Notes under the pieces: model-generated
Databases searched by the model: none
The model's input: the letters and a program-made list of their open reading frames with translations, nothing else
What the model was told of the DNA's origin: nothing
NCBI GenBank assembly: GCA_030066885.1
Contig: JASJAT010000051.1
Span: 1-60,629, forward strand
Reading direction: 5' to 3'
Length of the DNA stretch: 60,629 nt
Source of the DNA: Arenicellales bacterium
Lineage (GTDB): Bacteria; Pseudomonadota; Gammaproteobacteria; Arenicellales; JAANXG01
Made by a program: the position numbers and the translations under genes
Part shown: positions 31,193 to 41,242 of the stretch, in pieces
Numbering within the stretch: the stretch's first letter is position 1
How the letters are laid out: the number at the start of each line of letters is the position of its first letter

Positions 31193-32263
31193 ATGCGTAT
31201 TCTCGATCTATACATAGCCAAACATATCCTTTATCAAACGCTGATTACTGTAGCGGTACTCGTTGGATTGTTCACATTTGTCGCGTTTGTTGATCAGTTG
31301 TCCGATATCGGTACTGGTCGATATGGCGTTTTGGACGCCATACGTTTCATCATCTTGTCCGTCCCCCGTATTCTGTATGAAATTTTCCCTATGTCCGCAC
31401 TGCTTGGATCGATTATGGGAATGTCAGCACTGGCGGTAGATTCAGAATTGACGGTCATGAGAGCAGCCGGTGTCTCCGTGGCCCGCCTTGCCGGTTCGGT
31501 ACTTAAAGTTGGGGCGCTTTTGGCTTTAATCGCGGTTATCTTGGGTGAGTTTGTCACACCTTTTTCGGAAACGATGGCACAAAGGGGGCGTGCCCAGGCG
31601 TTACAGGAGAACATCAATCAGCAGTCGGACTTTGGGTTGTGGATGCGTGACCACAAGACCTATGTCAATGTGGGTGAGGTACTGCCGGATTTATCACTGC
31701 TCAAGGTCAAGGTGTTCGAGTTTGACGACAATGGCCGTCTACGCTCCCTGGTAGCTGCTGACAATGGCACCTATCTAGAAGAATCGCAGAGATGGCGCCT
31801 CGAGGGAATAAAGCAAACCCTCATCGATAGAGACAAGGCAGAATCTAAAGCCGCTCGCGCTGCTTACTGGCGTACCGACGTGACCACAGACATATTATCC
31901 GTGTTCTTGATTCGCTCCGATCAATTGTCGGCTTGGCAACTGTTTAAATATATTGACCACCTGCAAGAAAACGGGCAAGAAACGGAGGCTTACGAGCTGG
32001 CATTTTGGACTAAGATTGTCACCCCCTTAGCCACCGCGGTGATGGTTATACTGGCTATACCCTTCGTATTTCGGAGCGTGCGCAGCGGTGGGTTCGGACG
32101 CAGTCTATTTATAGGAATCATGTTGGGATTGGCGTTTTTTGTTTTAGATAAGGGATTCGGACTACTTGTACAGATTTTTGACGTCTGGCCGCTGATCGGC
32201 GCCCTGTTTCCGACCTTGTTGTTCGCGCTGGTTGGTTTTTATTTTATTACTCGCGTTCAGTAA
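31193..32263 (+). CDS. lptG: LPS export ABC transporter permease LptG.
   Basis: MRILDLYIAKHILYQTLITVAVLVGLF. YjgP/YjgQ family, immediately after lptF. Confidence 0.88.
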   Translation: MRILDLYIAKHILYQTLITVAVLVGLFTFVAFVDQLSDIGTGRYGVLDAIRFIILSVPRILYEIFPMSALLGSIMGMSALAVDSELTVMRAAGVSVARLAGSVLKVGALLALIAVILGEFVTPFSETMAQRGRAQALQENINQQSDFGLWMRDHKTYVNVGEVLPDLSLLKVKVFEFDDNGRLRSLVAADNGTYLEESQRWRLEGIKQTLIDRDKAESKAARAAYWRTDVTTDILSVFLIRSDQLSAWQLFKYIDHLQENGQETEAYELAFWTKIVTPLATAVMVILAIPFVFRSVRSGGFGRSLFIGIMLGLAFFVLDKGFGLLVQIFDVWPLIGALFPTLLFALVGFYFITRVQ

Positions 32264-32284
32264 CTCTATACACGGGCTGGGGTA

Positions 32285-32752
32285 CTATCGTTTGGGCTTG
32301 AGCGCAAGGGTTGTGTTGGACAATCGGTCGTGCCAAGCCCTTCTCTCTGCATCGATGAGGACCCACAGAAAACCCAGGCCGAACACCAGCCAAGAAAGTA
32401 TTGCGCTGAAGAAACGGATCACAGCGGAATCCCAGGTTATCGGTGACCCGTCAGATTTAGTGACTTGGAGCCGCCAGGCCCGCATGCCGAGTGTTTGCCC
32501 GCCATGTACCCAGAACCATGCAAAGAAAAACAGACAAACTAAGAGTAAATAAGCCTGAACCAGTAGTCGAACCCACCAAACATCGTTGATATCTTGCACG
32601 ATCAGGGGCAAGGGCAGGCTGGCTACAAACAAGACCCCGATCAGCAGTAGAGCGTCATAGAATACAGCCGCGAGCCTGCGCAACAGGCTGGGTGCGCCGG
32701 TGAGATCAAGCTTTGATTCGGTCGGTTGCATGGTATTGCATTGTCTATACAA
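32285..32752 (-). CDS. RDD family membrane protein.
   Basis: RRLAAVFYDALLLIGVLF ... GQTLGMRAWRLQV ... AWHDRLSNT are RDD-domain hallmarks. Confidence 0.75.
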   Translation of the reverse strand: MYRQCNTMQPTESKLDLTGAPSLLRRLAAVFYDALLLIGVLFVASLPLPLIVQDINDVWWVRLLVQAYLLLVCLFFFAWFWVHGGQTLGMRAWRLQVTKSDGSPITWDSAVIRFFSAILSWLVFGLGFLWVLIDAERRAWHDRLSNTTLALKPKR

Positions 32753-32975
32753 GTGATTTACGGCTGATGGTCCTTATGATCACGTGGGCCCAAAGTTTTA
32801 CACATTTTGGTCAAATCGTAATAAGCAGGCGGGTTTTGACCTTCCAAGTCTAATTGCGTGTTAAAGGTTTATTTCTTAACTGCTTGTTTTTACGCAAAAT
32901 AATAATGTTGCATATTTTTTAATCAAATTGGTCCAAGTTCAGTAATTTTCGGTAAATCAAGCCGCAAAGATGCGT

Positions 32976-33010
32976 TTATCAACAGAGTTATCCACAGATT
33001 TTGTGGATAA
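32976..33010. promoter_or_regulatory. Cluster of three DnaA-box-like 9-mers: one 8/9 match plus two perfect boxes in inverted orientation.
   Basis: TTATCAACA-gag-TTATCCACA-gattt-TGTGGATAA. The consensus is TTATCCACA. The cluster lies in a 354-bp AT-rich intergenic region upstream of gcdH. Confidence 0.5.
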
Positions 33011-33106
33011 GCGATTGACTATTAACAAGTCCAGCAGAGAACGATTAACTTGGGTTGACTAAATCTTTAGAATGGGAAGCAACCCGAACATCATAAAGTA
33101 GAGTCT

Positions 33107-34327
33107 ATGACTGCTCCAGTGAAACACAATGTAATTGATCATGCACCTTCCGCCGAAGGATCGATCCCATGGCAAGACCCATTTCTCTTAAACGAACAAC
33201 TTACTGAAGATGAACGCCTGATAGCGGATGCAGCCGACGCATACAGCCAGGAGCAGCTGTTGCCGCGTATAACAGAGGCCTACCGCAATGAGCATTTCGA
33301 CCGTGAAATACTATCTGAGATGGGCGAGAGGGGGTTTCTGGGCGTGAATCTGCCCGAACCCTACGGCAGCAATGCCAACTATGTGTCCTATGGGCTGCTT
33401 GCCCGTGCAATAGAGAAGGTAGATTCGGGCTATCGCTCGGCGATGAGTGTGCAATCCAGCTTGGTGATGTACCCGATTTACACTTATGGCAGTCGTGAGC
33501 AGCGTGAAAAATACTTACCCAAACTCGCGAGTGGGGAATGGGTAGGGTGCTTTGGATTGACCGAACCGGATCACGGTTCCGACCCCGGTGGTATGAAATC
33601 ACGGGCTCGGAAGGCAGACGGAGGATACACCTTGTCGGGAACCAAGACCTGGATTACTAACGCGCCTATTGCCGATGTCTTGGTGGTTTGGGCAAAAGAC
33701 GAGCAAGATGTAATTCGCGGGTTTATTTTAGAAAGGGAAATGCAAGGACTCTCGACACCGAAAATCGAAGGAAAGTTTTCACTGCGTGCATCTGTTACGG
33801 GCCAGGTTGCTATGGACAATGTCTTTGTTCCGATAGAAAACCTGCTCCCAAACGTCGGCGGTTTAAAAGGTCCTTTCGGCTGTTTGAATCGGGCTCGTTT
33901 TGGAATATCTTGGGGCAGCATGGGTGCGGCGGAGTTTTGTTGGCACGCTGCTCGTCAGTACACTCTGGAACGGAACCAATTCGGCAGACCGCTAGCGGCC
34001 AATCAGTTGATACAAAAAAAACTGGCGGATATGCAGACCGAGATTGCGTTGGGGTTACAAGGCGCTTTGCGTTTAGGCCGCATGATTGACCGTGGACAGG
34101 CGGCGCCGGAATTGGTATCTCTGATGAAACGGAACAACTGTGGAAAAGCCCTGGATATCGCCAGAATGGCTCGGGACATGCACGGAGGAAACGGAATTGC
34201 CGACGAGTATCACGTGATACGACACGTAATGAACTTGGAGACGGTGAATACCTATGAAGGGACTCATGATATTCACGCTTTAATTTTGGGTCGTGCCCAA
34301 ACAGGAATTCAGGCGTTCACATCTTAA
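33107..34327 (+). CDS. gcdH: Glutaryl-CoA dehydrogenase.
   Basis: Acyl-CoA dehydrogenase fold with a GCDH-like N-terminus ([20 protein letters not shown]...[21 protein letters not shown]), and C-terminal [14 protein letters not shown]. Confidence 0.85.
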   Translation: MTAPVKHNVIDHAPSAEGSIPWQDPFLLNEQLTEDERLIADAADAYSQEQLLPRITEAYRNEHFDREILSEMGERGFLGVNLPEPYGSNANYVSYGLLARAIEKVDSGYRSAMSVQSSLVMYPIYTYGSREQREKYLPKLASGEWVGCFGLTEPDHGSDPGGMKSRARKADGGYTLSGTKTWITNAPIADVLVVWAKDEQDVIRGFILEREMQGLSTPKIEGKFSLRASVTGQVAMDNVFVPIENLLPNVGGLKGPFGCLNRARFGISWGSMGAAEFCWHAARQYTLERNQFGRPLAANQLIQKKLADMQTEIALGLQGALRLGRMIDRGQAAPELVSLMKRNNCGKALDIARMARDMHGGNGIADEYHVIRHVMNLETVNTYEGTHDIHALILGRAQTGIQAFTS

Positions 34328-34351
34328 AACGTCGCTGTTACCGTTGTATTG

Positions 34352-34435
34352 TTCTCTCGCAAAGCCCGCCAAGAAAAGAAAAGGTAGTATGTTTCGCACA
34401 AAAACCTCTGCGGTCTTGGCGTCTTAGCGAGAATT
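34352..34435 (+). terminator. Long imperfect inverted repeat downstream of gcdH (possible terminator or structured RNA).
   Basis: TTCTCTCGCAAAGCCCGCCAAG ... CTTGGCGTCTTAGCGAGAATT, followed by TTTCT. The loop is ~41 nt. Confidence 0.3.
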
Positions 34436-34506
34436 TTCTCCACGTTATTCTGGATTACCTCGGCTTACGCGGTTTTGCAGTGGCTGTGGCACCGGTGGGG
34501 ACGCCG

Positions 34507-35778
34507 TTAATACAGTCGCAAAAATAAGCCAGAGCGCATCTTTGGGTCGAAATAAGTTGACTTCGGCGGCATTACTTCTCCGCTATCGGCTACCCGCATG
34601 AGCTCACCGATTGAAGTCGGATAACAAGCGAAACCAACCGCCCAACCCTCTTCACATTTTTGTTCTAAACCGGGCAGCCCCTTATCTCCAGGAATGTACT
34701 CGAGACGGTCATCTGTTCGAACGTCGGTAATGCCTAATACAGGATCCAGGATCCTATCATGGAGTATGGTTACATCCAGTGACTGTAGTGGATGTTGATG
34801 TGGAGCGGGAACTGATTCCAGGATCAGTCTATACCAATCGCCGTGGAGACACATACCAAATTCATGCTGCCGCGTCGGTAAGGCATATTCGCGTTCTGTT
34901 TTCTCGACTAAAAAGCTTTCCCTGATCCGGTCTAGATACCGATCAGGGCTCATTCCGCTGATATCCCTAACACATCTATTGAACGGTAGGATACGAAGCT
35001 GATTCGCAGAGAATAGTGCCACCAAAACATGGTTGAAATTGTCATGTTCAGAAAAACCGGGGTTACGTGCACGGCACTTTTCCGCAAATCGTGAACCTGC
35101 GGCAAAGCGATGATGGCCGTCCGTTAAATAGGTTTTCTCCACCGTCAGGAAGAGTTTCTCAAACTGTTGTATCGATTGTTTATCGTCGACTTTCCACAGG
35201 GTTTGCACAACGTTGTCGTATGCAGAAAACTGAAACAACGGCGATCTAGTGCGAGTGATTGAGTCTATCAAACCGCTGATGTGGAGATTTTCTTCATAGG
35301 CTAAGCAAACCGGGCTGGATGACGCACCGACGACATCCAGATAACCGGTCAGCAGATCTTCTTTATCTGCACGGGTGTTTTCGTGCTTTAAGACGATCCC
35401 GGTGTCATAGTGATCGATGGGAATTTCACAAACCACTGCGGTCTGTTGATGATCATCAACCGCGAGCCTATAAAGGAATATGGCAGGCTGCTCTAGTGGC
35501 TCGAAATCCCCTCTATCCAGCATCCGTTTCAAGTTGGATGCATTGGTTTGCAGAACCTGCGCTTGGCTCGGTCGGCAATCCGCGGGATATTCATCTACAG
35601 AATGCATCGCGTTGATGTAATTGAGCGGGTGTTCAATACCAAACAGGTGACGCTCTTCGGATGTCAATGAATCATATGCAGGTGATACGACCTCCTTTAA
35701 GCAATCGGGTTTAACTAAAAATCCGTCGAAAGCCCTTATTGTGATCATCGGTTCTACACTCTTTGGGCTAGTCTGCAT
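34507..35778 (-). CDS. DUF1015 family protein.
   Basis: IRAFDG... N-terminus and the central YLTDGHHRFAAG motif are characteristic of DUF1015. Start at ATG 35778 or 35748. Confidence 0.7.
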   Translation of the reverse strand: MQTSPKSVEPMITIRAFDGFLVKPDCLKEVVSPAYDSLTSEERHLFGIEHPLNYINAMHSVDEYPADCRPSQAQVLQTNASNLKRMLDRGDFEPLEQPAIFLYRLAVDDHQQTAVVCEIPIDHYDTGIVLKHENTRADKEDLLTGYLDVVGASSSPVCLAYEENLHISGLIDSITRTRSPLFQFSAYDNVVQTLWKVDDKQSIQQFEKLFLTVEKTYLTDGHHRFAAGSRFAEKCRARNPGFSEHDNFNHVLVALFSANQLRILPFNRCVRDISGMSPDRYLDRIRESFLVEKTEREYALPTRQHEFGMCLHGDWYRLILESVPAPHQHPLQSLDVTILHDRILDPVLGITDVRTDDRLEYIPGDKGLPGLEQKCEEGWAVGFACYPTSIGELMRVADSGEVMPPKSTYFDPKMRSGLFLRLY

Positions 35779-35794
35779 ATCACACCGAGGTCGC

Positions 35795-36880
35795 CTAGCC
35801 GTTCGCATCCCGAAATTCTGTCATGAAATCTACCAGCGCTTTCACACTCTCGACTGGCAGCGCGTTATAGATGCTGGCACGACAACCACCAACGCTCCTG
35901 TGTCCTTTTAGGTTCACCAAATCCGCTTGTTCTGCTTCGGCCAGGAACTTTTTTTCAAGTTCTTCCGAGGACAAACGAAACACTACATTCATGTGTGATC
36001 TGTACTCGGGCTCAATCGGGCTGGAGTAGTATCCGTCACTCTTATCGATTACTCCATACACCATGGCAGCCTTGTCCGCCGCCTCTTTTTCGATCACTGA
36101 AAGACCACCTTTTGCCTTCATCCATTTCAGTACCTTGCCGACCAGGTAGATGGTGAATACGGGCGGTGTGTTGAACAGCGAATCTTTGTCCAAGTGAATG
36201 TCGTAGCGTAAGTATCGAGCCAAGTCTTTATTGGAATCATCTAAAATGGATTTCCGGATGAATACGATCGCCATACCGGCCGGGCCGAGATTCTTCTGCA
36301 CCCCACCGTACACGAGATCGAACTTGTCCCACGGGATAGCTCTCGACATGTAGTCCGACGACATGTCCGCGATCAATGGAACTCCAACGTCCGGCCAATC
36401 TACCATGCGAACACCGCCAATCGTCTCGTTGGAGGTGACGTGAAGATAACGGGTATTTGGCTCGATGTTGATCTCATCCACTTGAGGCATGCGAGCAAAG
36501 TTAATATCCGCTCCGTCCCAGGCAACGTATATATCACCGTGCGGTGTCGCGTCGGTAATTGCGCCCTTCCCCCATGCGCCTGAGTTAACATACCCACCAC
36601 TTTGCCCTGTCCTTAAAAGATTGAGCGGTACCATGGCAAATTGAAGGGTAGCGCCACCTTGGATAAACATTACGCCAAAATCATCGGGTACTTCAAACAC
36701 TTCAAGTGCAAGACCCATCGCTTCCTGATGAACCTGGTCATAGGCCTTAGCCCGGTGACTCATTTCGATCAAGGACATTCCTTCGTCCCTATAGTTGACA
36801 AATTCATCCCGGACTTCCTCGAGTACTGACAAGGGCAGGGTACAAGGACCTGCGCAGAAGTTGTGCACACGCTTAGTCAT
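35795..36880 (-). CDS. serC: Phosphoserine aminotransferase.
   Basis: HNFCAGPCTLP N-terminus, FIQGGATLQF, GGVQKNLGPAG (PLP Lys), HRSVGGCRASIYNA. Confidence 0.92.
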   Translation of the reverse strand: MTKRVHNFCAGPCTLPLSVLEEVRDEFVNYRDEGMSLIEMSHRAKAYDQVHQEAMGLALEVFEVPDDFGVMFIQGGATLQFAMVPLNLLRTGQSGGYVNSGAWGKGAITDATPHGDIYVAWDGADINFARMPQVDEINIEPNTRYLHVTSNETIGGVRMVDWPDVGVPLIADMSSDYMSRAIPWDKFDLVYGGVQKNLGPAGMAIVFIRKSILDDSNKDLARYLRYDIHLDKDSLFNTPPVFTIYLVGKVLKWMKAKGGLSVIEKEAADKAAMVYGVIDKSDGYYSSPIEPEYRSHMNVVFRLSSEELEKKFLAEAEQADLVNLKGHRSVGGCRASIYNALPVESVKALVDFMTEFRDANG

Positions 36881-36902
36881 ATTGCGCCTCAAAGTGTGAT
36901 GA

Positions 36903-37871
36903 TCAGAATTTCATATTGACACAATGCATAATATGGCCTCGCTGGAACGCTTCGATGATGTCGATCACACCTTCAGCTACAGCGTTTTGGGCCTGTTCAG
37001 TAGATGCGCCTATATGATGGGTACCATATACGTTGGGGTGTTGTGCCAGTTCGGACACAAAGTTTGCTTGTGTAGCAGCCGGTTCGTCCATGTATACGTC
37101 GAGTCCGGCCCGAATCCCTTTTTCATCCATTGCTTTTATTAGGGCGGGTTCATCAATGAGATCGCCTCTTGAGGTGTTGAGCAAGATCGTTCCAGGCCGC
37201 ATTGCAGCCAACAATTCTTCATTAACCAGTTTCTTGGTTTCCTCACTGGCAGGTGTGTGGAACGATAATACATCGCAATTGGCTGCTACAGCATGCAAAT
37301 CCTCTAGCTCGGTAGCCCCCAGCTCTGTCAATCTGTTCGAGACTTCCGGGGCGCGTTCCGGCTTGCGAATAATAAAAAGTTTCATGCCAAATGCTGCAGC
37401 CCGCTCTGCCACAGCCATGCCAATGGCACCGAGCCCAATTACTCCAATAGAACGACCGAATAGCCCCTTTGCCTCTGAAAACCGTTTTTTGTCCCATTTG
37501 GCTTGACGAATCTGGCTAACGTTGTCCGGGATGTTTCGATCTATCGCGATGAGTAGCCCCATGGCGAGTTCCGCCACAGCGATAGCGTTCTTGCCGGGGA
37601 CGTTGCACACGTAGACCTTTGCCACGGCTGCCGTGTCCTTGTCTATGGTGTTCGTGCCCGCTCCAGCTCGAATAATCATTTTTAGATTGCCAGCATTTTT
37701 TATAGTTTCTTTTTCCACCCGGGTACTGCGGACGACGAGAATCTCCGATTCTTTCGCTGCCCGCGGCAGGTCCACCGCAGTCAAGTTCGGTTCAAGCGTG
37801 CAAGCGTGGCCTGCATTTTCCAGTTGTTTCAAAAACGCTTGTGGGAACTTGTCGGCAAACAGTATTTTCAT
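36903..37871 (-). CDS. serA: D-isomer-specific 2-hydroxyacid dehydrogenase, probably short-form D-3-phosphoglycerate dehydrogenase.
   Basis: NAD motif GVIGLGAIGMAVAERA and catalytic region NTSRGDLID...THHIGAST. Adjacent to serC. Confidence 0.6.
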   Translation of the reverse strand: MKILFADKFPQAFLKQLENAGHACTLEPNLTAVDLPRAAKESEILVVRSTRVEKETIKNAGNLKMIIRAGAGTNTIDKDTAAVAKVYVCNVPGKNAIAVAELAMGLLIAIDRNIPDNVSQIRQAKWDKKRFSEAKGLFGRSIGVIGLGAIGMAVAERAAAFGMKLFIIRKPERAPEVSNRLTELGATELEDLHAVAANCDVLSFHTPASEETKKLVNEELLAAMRPGTILLNTSRGDLIDEPALIKAMDEKGIRAGLDVYMDEPAATQANFVSELAQHPNVYGTHHIGASTEQAQNAVAEGVIDIIEAFQRGHIMHCVNMKF

Positions 37872-38137
37872 TTCAAACAATCAAGGTCAGCAGAAACCGG
37901 TTGAAAAAGCATCTCCCCAAAAGGTGTATGCGTAGAAAAATAATTGATCGGGCCCTGGCCAGCGAGCCGACAAACGCCACATACCGTTCATTGAACGACT
38001 CTAAGCTGTATTCCAGAGAAGAATCGACTAGACCGGATCAGGCGCAATCTGTAACTAAACGAATTACAGTGACATGGTACACTTCCGATCTATCTCGTAC
38101 CCTTTCACCCCAGGCTCGTTAAGTAGGAGTGTATTTA

Positions 38138-38809
38138 ATGAAAAAACTACTTCTAACCTTGTTCTTGATATGCGGATCTGGCTTAGTTTTATTAAGCAAA
38201 GCCGATGACGCCGCTAAATCGCGTGAATTAGTGGAGAAGGCTAATTTCGCGGTCAAAGCCTTCGCTGAAGACTCCAAAATGTCTTATCTGCATGAGAATC
38301 TCGGCAACGCTGAAGGCGTGTTGGTTATCCCAGCCCTGATTAAAGGCGCATTTATCGTCGGGGGATCCGGTGGCAGTGGTGTACTGCTGGCCAAGGGTGA
38401 AGGCAACCAATGGAGCTATCCAGCGTTTTACACTATGGGTACTGGCAGTATCGGTTTTCAAATTGGCGGTGAGGTGGCAGAGATAATACTCATGGTGATG
38501 ACTAAGGGAGGAATGGACAGTCTACTGGCTTCTTCGTTCAAGTTGGGTACCGACGCTAGCGTGGCGGCTGGACCGGTTGGGGTAGGTGGTAAAGCCCAGG
38601 CAGTAGATATACTCGCATTCTCAAGGACCAAAGGTGCTTTCGCCGGAGTCAGTCTGGAAGGCGCGGTGATCAAGGTGCGGCCGGAATATAACTCAGCATA
38701 CTATGGTAAAGAAGTTCGAACGACGGACGTATTCATTACCAAGACTGTGTCTAATCCACATGCGGACGAACTGCGAAATTCCTTAGCTTCGATAGTTAAG
38801 GCACAGTAG
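38138..38809 (+). CDS. Secreted SYLF (Ysc84/DUF500) lipid-binding domain protein.
   Basis: Signal peptide MKKLLLTLFLICGSGLVLLSKA. GSIGFQIGGEVAEIILMVM...KLGTDASVAAGPVG is typical of the SYLF domain. Confidence 0.75.
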   Translation: MKKLLLTLFLICGSGLVLLSKADDAAKSRELVEKANFAVKAFAEDSKMSYLHENLGNAEGVLVIPALIKGAFIVGGSGGSGVLLAKGEGNQWSYPAFYTMGTGSIGFQIGGEVAEIILMVMTKGGMDSLLASSFKLGTDASVAAGPVGVGGKAQAVDILAFSRTKGAFAGVSLEGAVIKVRPEYNSAYYGKEVRTTDVFITKTVSNPHADELRNSLASIVKAQ

Positions 38810-38841
38810 GAGGGTTGCACTCGCTGCGATTGATTAGAAAA

Positions 38842-38867
38842 GGCAGGCTAGTTTCGCAAGGCCTGCC
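38842..38867. terminator. Hairpin at the convergent SYLF / fadN-like junction.
   Basis: GGCAGGC-N12-GCCTGCC spanning the stop codon of the minus-strand gene. Confidence 0.35.
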
Positions 38868-41142
38868 CCCGGTCCAACATGTGGATAATTCTTGCATGTG
38901 TGGCTTCGGTCTTCGCGAGCCTTACGAACGCCATGCGTTCCGCATCATACAACTCGTTTTCCGAGATTTCTGTTGGTGGCCTATCGCCCCCGGTGACAAT
39001 GCGAGCGATTTCCGTGCCTACGACTACGTCGTGAGCTGTTAGTTGACATTTCGAATGTTGGTCTTGCAAGAAATCTTGCATTTGTTCAAAAGCGCCTCGA
39101 CCGACCCAGTGAAAAGTGGGCTTCTCAGGTGGATTGTAGTCGTCGGCGAGGTTGCGGATTAAATCAAGCGACGCCTGAACAAGCCGATCTCGATTGATGA
39201 CTTGCCGATCAACGTTCGGTCTGAAATAGGCTAATTCGGCAGCGAGCTTTGGTGATGTGCCGGTTCGGCCATAGCCGATATTCATAAAGGATTTTTGAGC
39301 AGCCTCGTTCCAATCTCCTAATCTATGATGCCAGCGGAAAAGGGTATCTTTGACTCCACCGCCGGCAGGCACGAGTCCGACCAGGCTCTCAACCAACCCA
39401 AGTACGACGTTAGTGTGGGTCACAACCACATCGCAATGCGCCGCCACTTCATAACCGCCGCCAATAGTCAGCCCCGACGGGGCAGCGATGACGGGTACGG
39501 CACAATATTTCAATGCTTTGACCGCACGTTGAAAATCTACCAAGAAACTGTCGATACCGTCCCAATTACGATCCTCGATCATTGCTCGAAACCGATGCAG
39601 ATTAACTCCGGCGGAGAAATGTAAACCATCGTTGTGGACGATGATTCCATTTAAATCGTCACCGGCCCGAAGCGCTGCTTCTTCGACAATAGCCATGGAA
39701 TCCCCGTCCAAAGCATTGGCCTTGCTGTGGAACTCAATAAGACCGACACCTTCACTTAATTTATACAAACTGGCGGAAGCGTTCCGACTCAGTGGTTGCA
39801 GAGTTCGGCGAGTCTCGTTGAAGCGAACAATACCTGGTGCTCGCCGCACGGTCTGGTAACCAGTATCAACATAGCGTGTCTGCAACTGACCTTGCTCAAC
39901 ACGGTAGCAAGGAAGGTGGTCGGAACCTGCTAAATAGGGCGGCACCGGAATACCTTCATCTTTCAAAAGATGAATGAAGCGAGAAATCCCAATGGCATCG
40001 ATCATTTCAAACGGACCTTGAGCCCAGTTGTATCCAAGCTTCATAGCGTCGTCGATAGGGACTGGATGATCAGTCACTTCCGGTAGCAAGCCGGCGGAGT
40101 AGGCCAGCACGCGACCCAAAACCCGACGACAAAACTGATGTTGAGGTGTGTCCCCCTCGGTCAATAAAACCAGATTCTGCATGTCGTCTGCGACTAAGCT
40201 AGGTGGGGTATATCGATATGGTCGCCACTGACCTGTAGCGAGGTCTATGGATTCACGCCGGCTGTCGACTCGGCGATAGAAACCGCCGTGTCCTTTCAGT
40301 CCGGTATAGCCCTCGCTGATCAGTTTATTCACCAAGTGATTTTCGTTGCTGACCTGTTGGAAAGGATCGGTGTCAGGCAATATGTTTTTAAGGCTTTTCA
40401 CCACATCTGCCATCAGGTCCAAACCAATTAGGTCATAAAGCCCGAAAACACCAGTCTTCGGAATCCCCATGGGCCGACCCATGAGTGCGTCTGCCTCTTC
40501 TATGTTAAGCCCGCAGTGCACTGTCTCGTCGATGCCTACCTGCAGGGCAAACACCCCCACTCGATTCGCAAGAAAGCCGGGCGTGTCTCGGCAATCGACA
40601 ATACCTTTTCCCATTTTTTCTTCATTAAATCGTCGCAGCGTTTCCATTACCGCTGGAGTCGTTTCATCACCTTTTACAAGTTCCAACAAACGCATGTAAC
40701 GAACTGGGTTGAAAAAGTGTGTAATAGCGAAATGTTGTCGAAACGAAGCTGGCATGTCCTGGGTCAGCAAAGTCATAGGTATAGTAGATGTATTAGACGA
40801 TACAATTGCGTCGGGTTTTCTATAGCGATTGATCTGCTGATACAGCTCACGCTTGAGTTCCAATCGCTCAACAATGGCTTCGATGATCCAATCGCAACTC
40901 GAAATTCGATTCAAATCATCATCGATATTGCCGATGGTAATGTTTGTCAGTACATCAGGATGAACGAGCAGGGGTGGATCGCTATCCTGTAAGCGTTTAA
41001 TCGCTCGCTCCGCCACGGCATTGGGCTGGACACCCGTTTGTTTGATGTCCAGCAGCAACACTTCCACATCGGCGTTCGCCAATTGTCCCGCTATGCCGGT
41101 GCCCATAGTGCCCGCACCGAGGACGGCAACTTTTGATATCAC
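38848..41142 (-). CDS. Bifunctional 3-hydroxyacyl-CoA dehydrogenase / enoyl-CoA hydratase, FadN-type domain order (HADH N-terminal, crotonase C-terminal).
   Basis: VAVLGAGTMGTGIAGQLA Rossmann motif at the N-terminus, and a crotonase-like C-terminal half (VIAAPSGLTIGGGYEVAAHCD). The GTG at 41142 with an AGAGG SD 8 nt upstream is preferred over the track start at 41259, which overlaps the upstream gene. Confidence 0.8.
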   Translation of the reverse strand: MISKVAVLGAGTMGTGIAGQLANADVEVLLLDIKQTGVQPNAVAERAIKRLQDSDPPLLVHPDVLTNITIGNIDDDLNRISSCDWIIEAIVERLELKRELYQQINRYRKPDAIVSSNTSTIPMTLLTQDMPASFRQHFAITHFFNPVRYMRLLELVKGDETTPAVMETLRRFNEEKMGKGIVDCRDTPGFLANRVGVFALQVGIDETVHCGLNIEEADALMGRPMGIPKTGVFGLYDLIGLDLMADVVKSLKNILPDTDPFQQVSNENHLVNKLISEGYTGLKGHGGFYRRVDSRRESIDLATGQWRPYRYTPPSLVADDMQNLVLLTEGDTPQHQFCRRVLGRVLAYSAGLLPEVTDHPVPIDDAMKLGYNWAQGPFEMIDAIGISRFIHLLKDEGIPVPPYLAGSDHLPCYRVEQGQLQTRYVDTGYQTVRRAPGIVRFNETRRTLQPLSRNASASLYKLSEGVGLIEFHSKANALDGDSMAIVEEAALRAGDDLNGIIVHNDGLHFSAGVNLHRFRAMIEDRNWDGIDSFLVDFQRAVKALKYCAVPVIAAPSGLTIGGGYEVAAHCDVVVTHTNVVLGLVESLVGLVPAGGGVKDTLFRWHHRLGDWNEAAQKSFMNIGYGRTGTSPKLAAELAYFRPNVDRQVINRDRLVQASLDLIRNLADDYNPPEKPTFHWVGRGAFEQMQDFLQDQHSKCQLTAHDVVVGTEIARIVTGGDRPPTEISENELYDAERMAFVRLAKTEATHARIIHMLDRGQALRN

Positions 41143-41242
41143 GGTGTATACCTCTGATTTTCCGTATTGTCTCGTTATCTCACGTTGTAAAACGACTAAG
41201 AAAGTAGTCCCGCTGTCCGGCCAGGTTGGTATTGCACTCGGG

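Noticed and set aside
32753-33106. The DnaA-box/AT-rich region as the chromosomal origin, oriC.
   Set aside because: There are only three good boxes, and no recognisable 13-mer DUE array or GATC clustering. The flanking genes (RDD protein, gcdH, lptG) are not typical oriC neighbours. A regulatory or DARS-like site fits better. This cannot be excluded without GC-skew analysis of the full genome.
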